NCBI RefSeq assembly: GCF_006345805.1
Contig: NC_042997.1
Coordinates: forward strand, 132,804,001-132,868,000
Source of the DNA: Octopus sinensis
Taxonomy: Eukaryota
Length of the DNA stretch: 64,000 nucleotides
Direction: 5' to 3'
The first letter of the stretch is position 1, and each line of letters starts with the position of its first letter. Below, one piece after another: positions 53,290 through 64,000 of the stretch. The translations under genes and the position numbers were made by a program. Under the pieces are notes generated by a model, which did no database searches, was not told the origin of the DNA, and saw only the letters and a program-made list of their open reading frames with translations.

Positions 53290-53850
53290 TGGTATTGAAT
53301 CGACGAGTCTCATAATACAAGATCATAAAACATTAGATAAACTTAGCTATGTTTCGACCAAAGATTGGTCTAGGTCATGTCTAACTTAATAGCGCCACCT
53401 GATAGGATTATCTAAATCCTGTTTAAGTCAAGTTTTGGTTATGATCAATTCAAGTAGTGAGTTCTTGTTGAGTGAGTTGTATCCAGGTATGGGTGGCTTA
53501 TCCGGTATTCCTTGAAGAAATCTGTCCAGACTCCGTTTAAAGGTGATGGGATCCTTTTCCTCTTTGATCTCTTTCGGGACAATGTTAAACAGAGCAGGGC
53601 TTGTTAAGGAAAAGAAATTATGTCGCAGTGTACCTATATGCTGTGATCCTGAATTGGGCAGAGGACTTCTTTAAAAAACAAAACCGATGTAACTTGAAAT
53701 ATTTCAGGATCAGTACATTTATGTATGACAATAATATTTATTTCCACTTGCAGTTCATATTATGTAGGGAAATGCCTTAGATTCAGAATATTATTCCTTC
53801 CACATTTTTCTCTTGTTCTTACAGCTGCTTTTCATTTTTGCTGCACTTCT
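53290..53850 (-). mobile_element. CR1-group LINE, ORF2 C-terminus and 3' UTR
   Basis: HNFFSLTSPALFNIVPKEIKEEKDPITFKRSLDRFLQGIPDKPPIPGYNSLNKNSLLE resembles the typical CR1-group ORF2 tail. Confidence 0.8.
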
Positions 53851-54378
53851 ACCGGGTGGTCACTAATATAGACTCACCAAATATATCCACCTGTGTATTA
53901 GTTACTTTGGGGCTCAGATCTTCACCCTCATCACCAGCCTAACTCTAAAGTTTTACTGTTGTTACGTTGACGACTTTATGGCTGCTACCTCCCTCACAGT
54001 GGACAGCTCGCCGCTTTTATTGCCTTCAGTTATTCCTTCCACGCTGCCTTAGAGTTCACCTCTAACTTCACAGGTAGATCTTTCTATTCACCAACCTGTT
54101 CACCAACCTGTTCACCTATATCTTACCACAGATTATCCTAATTACTTCCTATCTGCTATCCTCTAATCCCTATTCTTCTACCAATCTACCACCAATCTGC
54201 CTGTGTCTCGTCAAAGACAGTACCCCAGTCTCCTGCTATGTATCCGTCCCAAAGTTCTCCCCAACCTCAGCTCTCTCCGACCGCCCAACTTCTCCGACGG
54301 AGCTTCTTACAAAACATCTGATTTCTCTTATCTGACTATACTTCTTCCCACATCTTTCCTAAATACTCCCTCCCTTAC

Positions 54379-54738
54379 TTCAGACGTGATCGCAGCGTAG
54401 GTGACATTCTGGTCCGTAGTTCTTTTACAAGACAAGCAAGTGCATCGGTAAGGCTTGGTTGATGGTGATGATGTAGGGCTAGCTTGTTCAGATGAGCGGA
54501 TGTCATTAAAGTGGCAGAGGAAGAGGACTTGTACGTCTGTTTGCAACTGCCGCTGAACGCTGGTTGATTGACTTGATGTCTTATTGCTGCAGTTTATAAT
54601 GGCATCGGTACCATTCGAATGCGGGTCTAAATTAAGTTTTGCAAATGAATAGCAACAGTTCAGTGCTTCAAATTTTTCTAACCCTGAAAGGCAAACCTCG
54701 TCTTTGCGGTGTCGTTTGGCAATGCCTGTGGTAGCCAC
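54379..54738 (-). CDS. Candidate 360-nt phase-0 exon, or a decayed retroelement ORF
   Basis: ttttaag| ... |gtaagg flank an open 120-codon frame (VATTGIAKRHRKDEVCLSG..TYAAITSE); no homology recognised. Confidence 0.25.
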
Positions 54739-55444
54739 CTTAAAAGATTATGAGTGACTAAGGAGGGATTTAACAGTTAAATCGACTTTGAAGAGTTTAG
54801 TCATATGTTCATGCGTTTGGAGGTGTAATTTTCCACATTTTAATGATTATTGTGATTATGTCAAACAACACTCTATTGCGTGTCATTTCTCCATCGAAGG
54901 ATTTTTGTCAAGATCCCTATGTATGTAAGCTGTGCCAATCTGACTTGAAGTATCTTAGTCAGAAATGATACCCCGGTATACACGGTTAAGGAAGAGTTAA
55001 AGATGTTATAATTCTTTTAATTGTATGTGTGTGTGTGTATATGTGTGTGTCTGTGTTTAGAAGTATAACGAGAAACATTGATATACGCAACTGAGGACAA
55101 CATAAATGAACCGTGAGATTGGCCGGAGTCATTGGAATGTCAAGAGCAGAAATATTTTTGTTGAATTTCTGAAGGATGAGATGCAATTTGTACGTGAAGT
55201 AGGAAAACAAATCGTGATAAATCTCGTCCTATAGAAAGTTTTGTATCCATTAGAATGTGAAGAGATTGAAGTAATTGTTTACGGCTGTTTCACGTTTGAA
55301 ATGTTAGTAGGGAGAGCTATAGGTCACTGATTAGAAGATCGCAGTTGACTTTCTTGCATGCTTCATGTGTTGCGTTATGTATAGGTCACAAATGTTTGTA
55401 AGTTGCAGTATTAATGTTTTTTTTTTTATCATCTAGTCAGATAA

Positions 55445-55660
55445 GGGTGGCAAGCTGGCAGAATCGTTATCGCGCCGGCAAAAATTCTTAGCAGGATTTC
55501 ATCCGTCCTTACGCCCTGAGTTCAAATTCCACCGAGGTCGACTTTACATTTAATACTTTCAGGATCGATAAAATAATTTCCAGTTTAGCACTGGGGTCGA
55601 TGTCATCGATTCCCCTCCCGCGAAAATGCTGTCCTTGCGCCAAAATTTGAAACCATTACT
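55445..55660 (+). mobile_element. Family B-related SINE
   Basis: Head and core are conserved; the 3' part differs. Confidence 0.75.
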
Positions 55661-56984
55661 TAATCAGATAGGAAAGTGCTGTACCTGTGTCCATCTAATT
55701 TTCTTTTTTATCCAGCTCTACATTTCACTCACTTGGTAAATTTCCCCAGAACGTATACTTTTTCCACTTCACTATGTTCCCTACATTGCATATATACACA
55801 GCAAGTCTGGAAGTACCTCTGGTCGCTTCAAACCAAAGCAGTAACGAATATATACGTAGTTCTATTGGTCACAAATCCAAGAAAGACTACACTAAGTACC
55901 TCAGTTTACTCTCTATTAAAAGGGATATTTTTGTGTTGATGCAATTGAATCATGGTCTTATATGACCAGATCGTAAAATAGGGGTCCCAAATTTTGGCGT
56001 TAGGTTTGTGGAGGGGCTAAGTCGATTAAATCGACTACAGTGTTCAAACGGTACTTATTTTATCAACCCAAAATGAATGAAAGGTAAAGTCGACCCCGGC
56101 GTTATTTGAACTCGGAACGTAAAGACGAACGTAAAGACGAATGGAATCTTTTAAAAATCGATAATTTTTAATCAGCATCGATTTTTCAAAAATCTGTAGG
56201 TCATTTCAATGCAAATTCTCATATGAATGTTATTTTCTTCCATAACTTTTAAAGTTTCCAACCGATTTTCTTGAAATTTTACACACAGATTGAATATGGA
56301 CTGAGGATGAGATGAGGCAAGTAAATTTTTACCTAGGCTACTCAAGCAAACAGTAAGATGATTTTTGATGAACTGATTAACGAAATTTGGCCTAAATTGT
56401 TGTGGGGTTAAAATGTTCACCAATTATTTCAGCATTCTCAGGTTGCTGTAACATGTATCTTCTTAAAATTATCTGCACTTAAAATTATCGATTGTAAACT
56501 TTGCAGCGTTGTGTGCTAAAACATGTAACATGTATTTTCTTAACAGCTGCACTTAAAATTCTCGATACTAACCGTTGCAATCGATATTTGATTCTCACGA
56601 AATATACCCATGGAACTATATCCATGAAACATAGTCGTCAAATTAAGTGTCTTTTCTCAAAATAATTTTTTGTTTACTTTTCAAACTTTTATGGTCTTTT
56701 CTTTTTTCATAGCACTCCTTTACAATTCTCTTCTTGATGTTTCCATTATTTATTGATTTGCAGCTTTCCGCTCATCTGACCAAACGATTGTCATTTTCCA
56801 ATTCCATACGTACTTATTTATATAATTGTTTCGTGAATGAATTTGCTTACGCCTTCTGTTATCTGTCCTATGTCTTGATTTCATTCTTCGTCTGAGAGAA
56901 ATTAGGCGTTGTAATGGGCACTGGGAATATCTCCGCTCACGGGTATTACCGAATGCCTCAGCTAGTATATATATATATATATAT

Positions 56985-57285
56985 CACAGTGATCACCGTG
57001 ACTGACCAGGCTATCAGATGTTATTATACATTGCTGGTCACAATGCGCTTCGCATTGTTTTAGCCTTCAAATGACGCCACCCCGCTGGCTAAGCGAGCAG
57101 GCCAACAGAAAAAAGAGTGAGAGAAAGTTGTGTCGAAAGAGTACAGCAGGGCTCGCCACCATCCCCTGCCAGAGCCTCGTGGAGTTTTAGGTGTTTTCGC
57201 TCAACAAACACTCACAACGCCCGGTCTGGGAATCGAAACCGCGACCGCGACACTGTTGCTCTAACCACTGGGCCACTGTGCCTCC
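56985..57285 (-). mobile_element. tRNA-derived SINE, family C
   Basis: Homologous to 8925-9221 in the head and central body. Confidence 0.82.
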
Positions 57286-57498
57286 ACACACACACACACA
57301 TACACACACGTACATACATACATACATACATACATACGTTCTGAGTTCAAATTCCATCGAGGTCGACTTTGCCTTTCATCTTTTCGGGGTCGATAAATTA
57401 AGTACCAGTTAAGTACTGGGATCGATATAATCAACTTTATCCGTTTGTCTGTCCTTGTTTGTCCTCCCTGTGTTTAGCCCCTTGTGGGTAGTAAAGAA

Positions 57499-57550
<52 letters not shown>

Positions 57551-57934
57551 CTAGCAGTATCGCCCGGCGTTGCTCGGGTTTGTAAGGGAAATAACTATAA
57601 AGCATTTTTAGATAGTTATAGCCAAAATATAGCAAAAAAATGGGAAAAAATGATGGTAAATTTTGTTTTGAGAGTTAAAAAGGTCGAGTTGCGTCCCCTA
57701 GACAGTCTGTGGTTTGTGTTTCTGATTCTCGACCCCATGTCGAATTTATCGATTTTTTTCAGAACTGGGGGAACTTTTCAAAATTTTCGCTGCGTTAGTT
57801 TTGAATTATGACATTGGGCTATGTGTGTGTCAAGTTTCATCAGAATCGGTTGAAAGCCGTGGTCAGGGTGAGGGTACAACCTGACAGCCACACAGAAACA
57901 CACACAGACAAACTGCCGTTTATATATAGAGAGA
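57551..57934 (-). mobile_element. Non-autonomous Helitron
   Basis: On the minus strand it starts TC, ends CTAG after a GC hairpin (cccgagcaacgccggg), and sits between A and T. Confidence 0.85.
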
Positions 57935-58218
57935 TATATGTTATAAACTGACAAGGCGAGTTAAGTTTAGCCCTCGGCAACTAAGTAAGGGTAACTGATA
58001 AGGATAAATGAAATCCGAAATCGTCGATGGTCTGACTCTGTCTCACTTGCTGTAGGGGGCTTGTCACTCTTGTCAGTCATTAGATAAGTGCTTGCCTGTG
58101 GCTAAAGATGTTTTGACTCTTATTTCTAGCGACGCTGATGCTGACTTTCATCCTTAGCCACTTGAGGGACGATTGTACTTGTGCCTTTTGGTTGTAAATT
58201 GCGAATAGCCACCTTAAT

Positions 58219-58262
<44 letters not shown>

Positions 58263-58493
58263 GCGAGAGGGAGAGAGAATATAGATGATAGTGACTTCGA
58301 GGTTTTGGTCAGTAAGCATCGTCGGACTTCTTTTCATAATGAACTTGCACTCACCAAAAATATAGAGTAGCCTTTTAGATTAATGCAAAAAAGGAACTTT
58401 ATTATAAGTAAGCATAAGATCGAACGCACACAAACATACCATACACACAAATACACACTCACACACACTCAGATACACATACACACACACACA

Positions 58494-58528
<35 letters not shown>

Positions 58529-59802
58529 ACATCATCATCACCAATTTGCAGCCCATATTATGTGCAGAAATAGCCTAAAGTTTGGATTACTTTTATCATA
58601 ACCGTTATGCCAGAGTAGTCGGTTCTGCACTTAATTTTTATCAATTCTTCTCTCTACTCGTTTTTCCTCTTGTCATTCTTTCAGATGAAACTCTTACGTT
58701 CAAAACTTTAAATGTGTTTCATTTCTCCTGTCTTCCATCTTTAAATTAATAACGCTTACATTGTAATATGCTATTTCCGTGTGGTTTTTCTTAAATAGTT
58801 TTTTGCTATTCATTAACAAAACTGATGCATCACGTTATTGTTACTTTACGTTTCCTGTAGCTATTACGTTTGTCACGGTAAGTTATTACAACGGAAGACG
58901 CAGACTAGCGATAGAATAACGCTTCAGCTTCTTATAAATGAAAAAAAAACAAGAACACTTTTACATCACTTGCGTACTATTTCTATCGTTTCTTCATCGA
59001 AAGGCATATGTTTGTGCTTATACATGTATGCATGTATGCGTATGCATGTGTGTATGTGTGTGTAATGCTTGTATGTGAGAGCTACATGTATATGTGTGTG
59101 TCTAAAGGCCAGTCAACTGTTAGAGAATATCACTGCTTAAAAAGACTGGAGTTTAGAAACCGGGAATATACGGAAACAAACGAAACATTAATAACGCACA
59201 ACACTCAATTTGTTAGTAAAAGAGTAAAATGGCGCTCGAATCACTGAAATTACTATGTAAAAAAAAAAACGAATACAATATATATATATATTCAAAAAGA
59301 GCTGTTATAGAAATTAATGGAATAAATATGTTGCAATTATAACGAAATATTTCTTTTGTACAATACGATTATCAGAAATTGCTATAAGGATGACAAAAAT
59401 AACGATAAGAGCAATGGTATAATGATATATAATGATATATAAGTATGGCTAATATGGTCTAATGTTTGGTGGAATACTTGCTTTTGTTTCGCTATAAATG
59501 CTCAGAAGAACTTGATTAGGCTGTATTACACGGACCTATTTGTTCGATTATTATTCGATTATTGATTTCTCATATCTATTACTTGTTTTAACTACTGGAC
59601 TGCAGCTATGCTGAAGACACCACTTTCAAAGATTTAGTCGAACCGACGCCAGTACATTTCAGGTTTTCTAGGATTTTTTTCTCTTTTCCTATCGGGAGAT
59701 TTAAACAAGCCAATTCTCAACTGGTGATGGTGTTGAGAAAATAACAAACACAAAGAGACACCCGCATACGTACGCACACACGCACACATACACACACACG
59801 CA

Positions 59803-59843
<41 letters not shown>

Positions 59844-60317
59844 GAGCGAGAAAGAAGCAACAAGAATGGATAGGTTTTTAGTACAATCGTTTCATACAAG
59901 GACAGGCTTTATTAAAAGTTGCAAAAATTACAGCATATAAACGTGTCCCGTACTCATCAGCTAAAATACATGTGCGTTCTCTAGACATCCTAGTGGTTGA
60001 GGCTATACTCATGAAGTAATGAAGATAATTAAGTAACATAAACATAAACAGATATCCAAAGTTCATTAAAGTTCTTTAAAGATGATGTACAGTCTTATCA
60101 CAGAATTTTAAAAAAGTTTTAATAGCAACCCAGAGAAGGTGACCTAATCCATAGTGCACATATGAATTTCCAGAGATATGATGAGGGATTACATACTCAC
60201 AGGAAACAAATTTATCATTGTTAATCACAACGAGGTGGGTCTCAATTCCTGCTTATTAGCATTACAGAGAGGGTGAATTAATCCTTTGTATAGATGCACA
60301 ATTTCCAATGGTGTAGA

Positions 60318-60356
<39 letters not shown>

Positions 60357-60358
<2 letters not shown>

Positions 60359-60520
60359 CGCACGAGTAGTTGTGTGGTAAGTTGCTTGCTTACCAACCAC
60401 ATGGTTCCGGATTCAGTCCCACGGCGTGGCACCATGGGCAAGTGTCTTCTACTATAGCCTCGGGCCGACCAAAGCCTTGTGAGTGGATTTGGTAGACGGA
60501 AAATGAAAGAAGCCCTTCAA

Positions 60521-60553
<33 letters not shown>

Positions 60554-60791
60554 ATATATATATATATAATATATATATATATGTGTGTTTGTGTGCCTGT
60601 GTTTGTCTCCCCCAGCATAGCTTGACAACCCATGCTGGTGTGTTTACGTACCCGTAACTTAGCAGTTCGGCAAAAAAAGACCGATAGAATAAGTACTAGG
60701 TTTGCAAAGAATAAGACCTGGGGTCGATTTGCTCGACTAAAGGCGGTGCTCCAGCATGGCCGCCATCATATGACTGAAACAAGTAAAAAGA
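60357..60791 (+). mobile_element. tRNA-derived SINE, family A (more diverged)
   Basis: Full-length homology to 11021-11440. Confidence 0.88.
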
Positions 60792-60823
60792 CTATATATG
60801 TATATATGTATATATGTGTATGC

Positions 60824-60880
<57 letters not shown>

Positions 60881-60881
<1 letters not shown>

Positions 60882-61103
60882 CTCTTTTACTCTTTTACTC
60901 TTTTACTTGTTTCAGTCATTTGACTGCGGCCATGCTGAAGCACCGCCTTTAGTCGAGCAACTCGACCCCAGGACCTATTCTTTGTAAGCCCAGTACTTAT
61001 TCTATCAGTCTCTTTTTGCCGAACCGCTAAGTGACGGGGACGTAAACACACCAGCATCGGTTGTCAAGCAATGCTAGGGGAACAAACACAGACACACACA
61101 CAT

Positions 61104-61172
<69 letters not shown>

Positions 61173-61317
61173 TACGACAGGCTTCTTTCAGTTTCCGTCT
61201 ACCAAATCCACTCACAAGGCATTGGTCGGCCCGGGGCTATAGCAGAAGACACTTGCCCAAGATGCCACGCAGTGGGACTGAACCCGGAACCATGTGGTTG
61301 GTTAGCAAGTTACTTAC

Positions 61318-61320
<3 letters not shown>
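60881..61320 (-). mobile_element. tRNA-derived SINE, family A, inverted
   Basis: Reverse complement of the family A sequence, with a few 5' bases missing. Confidence 0.9.
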
Positions 61321-61376
<56 letters not shown>

Positions 61377-61459
61377 GCATAGGTAGATAGATACATACAT
61401 AAACACACACATACGTCTGTGTGTATATATATACAGTTATATATCTCTATCTATCTATC

Positions 61460-61502
<43 letters not shown>

Positions 61503-61523
61503 CTATCTATCTATCTATCTATC

Positions 61524-61603
<80 letters not shown>

Positions 61604-62415
61604 CATTTGTGTGTGTGTGTGTGTGATATAAAGATAAAGTGCATATTGTAAGGATATATAAAAAAAACTTATAAATCGGAGAAACGAAATAAAATTAGTG
61701 AAATAAATATACATTATATATTTTCTTTCGACATAGTTGTGTATCGTACAACCCGATGGTTCATAAAATTTTATGAAGAAAACAGTATGATGATTTTTAC
61801 TGTTTCTACGTACTCATGTTTAGAAACCGGTAATATACGAAAAAGGCCGAGCCATTAATAACATATATTCGCACAATTTGCTAGTAAAAGGCATTATTAC
61901 AAAGTGATCGAATCACAAAAATTATAATTAAAAAGCGGAATATAAAATTAACGTATAACGTATATTATAGTAATTATGGTAATAAATACCTCACAATTTA
62001 TAACAAAATATATTTCTTTTGTAGAATATGATTAGCTTAGTGTGCAATAAAGAAGACAAAAATAAGGATTGCAGAAATGATATAACGATATGGAAGAATA
62101 GCTAACGTTATTAGCTTGAATTGGAGTGTATTCCTGGGCTCTCCGATAATTGCTTTGCACAGAACAAAATACACTTGTTCTTTGTCATGTATGTATGTAT
62201 GTATGTATGTATGTATGTATGTATGTATGTATGTATGTATGTATGTAGTATGTGTGTGTGTGTGTAAGTATGTATGTGTTTGTGTGTGTGTAAATGAATA
62301 TATGAACATGTTAAAGTGTGTATTCATTAATCTATGCATATTCTTGTATTCTGTTATTCTCTAGTTTAAGTCATTGCGGTCATGCTGTGTGTATTTGTGT
62401 GTGTGTGCGTCTGCG

Positions 62416-62481
<66 letters not shown>

Positions 62482-62769
62482 CATGCATGCATACATTCAT
62501 GCACACACGTAGACACACATATAAATACATACATACATACATGCATACATGCATACATACATGCATGCATACATGCATACATGCATACATACATGCATTC
62601 ATACATACTACATACATGCATGCATACATACATACATACATATATACACACATACATACATACATGCATACATACATACACACATACATACATTCTTTGT
62701 CTGATAACCTTAAATACGTGCCCAAAGAAGTCGCACGATTGCATCGGAACGTATCATGAGATGAAAGGA

Positions 62770-63830
62770 TGAGCTTATATGCGCGGAAGACTATGCATGG
62801 ATTTGCATGGATAGTAGAAAGCTCCGAGATAATAGTAATATTGATCATCAAAGCAGTCTATCATGGCCCAATAGCCGGATTAGTACCTCCCACCTTGAGG
62901 AGTATGCGTTTGCAATCCAGGAACAGGAAATAGCAACCAAGTACCCTATGCACAAAAAGGATAGAGATGCAGGAAAAGCCGTAAAATATGACAATCGATG
63001 CAGACTTTGTGGAGTTCAAATTGAAGATAACACCCATATCATAAGCAGTTGTCTGAAAATGTCATCACGGTATTATCTACCGATGAGACATGATGTAGCT
63101 AGGACACTCAATAATGAAATATGTCGGAAGGATAACCCCGAGGACAAAGAAATAAGAACCCACAGTATGGTAGAAGCCATAGCCACTCATAATACAAAAG
63201 AGAATGGTGGAATGTCCCAGTGAAGACCTCAATAAAATTTAAGCACAACAGATTTGATATAATGATTTGGGATCGAGAAGAGAAACTGTGTTTAGTTGTG
63301 AAAATTAGCTGCTAAGTGAATGTTAACATAAAGGTGAAGATCAGTGGAAAAGAGAACACCTACGCTGATCTATTGAGAAATTTGCGGTTACTCTATCCAG
63401 ATTACAAGTTCAGGTTAATACCTGTAATTATTGGGGTTCTGGGATATATAACACACTGCCTAAATACCAATGTTGAGAAATTAAGCTTCATAAAACAAGA
63501 AAGGAGGAAGCTAATTCGAAGACTACTGATCCAATCCATCACTGGAACTGTAAAAAATCCGTAAAACTTCCCAGAAGCTTATCATTTAAATATATATTAG
63601 CATGTCTAGATATGCAAGTATATGCATGAGAACACATACATAAAACAAAATATACAAATCTGCACATATATATACATATATGCGTACATATATATAAAAT
63701 ACCTTGTTGTTGATAATGTTGAACTTGATGCTGCTTCCAAGGACGGAACCTTCGATCAAAGTTAGAAACCGGCTCCTTCTCTATTGGTAAGAAATTTTGA
63801 AATAAAACTGAAGAATAACATACAAACATG
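62770..63830 (+). mobile_element. 3' fragment of a restriction-like-endonuclease non-LTR retrotransposon (R4/Dong/NeSL-like), inactive
   Basis: AIQEQEIAT; CCHC knuckle CRLC..HIISSC; RHD; decayed PD-(D/E)xK region HNRFDIMIWDREEKLCLVVKISC; IPVIIGVLG. Contains frameshifts and ends in a (CATA)n-like tail. Confidence 0.85.
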
Positions 63831-64000
63831 CATACATACATATATGCATACATACATATATGCATACATACATACATACATGCATATATGCATACATACA
63901 TACGTACATACATACATACATACATACATACATACATACATACATACATACATACATACATACATACATACATACGCAGTAGTAGGTGTCTCATGTCGGC

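Noticed and set aside
53340-53385. gacc-loop-ggtc-GAAAC on the minus strand
   Set aside because: No CUGANGA box; more likely the 3' stem-loop of the CR1 element.
1-64000. CRISPR arrays, rRNA or prokaryotic-type systems
   Set aside because: No regularly spaced repeat-spacer array or rRNA-like sequence is present, and the DNA is eukaryotic in character.

Overview
AT-rich, microsatellite-dense metazoan DNA with no confidently recognisable host gene. The SINE families and the (TA)n/(CATA)n landscape suggest an octopus intron or intergenic region; this is inference. The main feature is an 8.3-kb Penelope-like retroelement on the minus strand (about 32652-40986). It has an RT + GIY-YIG ORF broken mainly by single-base indels, a ~3.2-kb 3' region, ~2.46-kb near-identical direct repeats, a short terminal inversion and three minimal hammerhead ribozymes. 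The two sense ribozymes are 5732 nt apart. Also present are a second, decayed Penelope-like element, a dispersed family of short hammerhead-bearing elements (one arranged as a 433-nt retrozyme-like unit), and many tRNA-derived SINEs, often as inverted pairs. Mariner, hAT, Tigger, Helitron, CR1 and RLE-type LINE relics and several foldback structures complete the picture. Three weak host-exon candidates are flagged. All calls are by eye and many boundaries are approximate.
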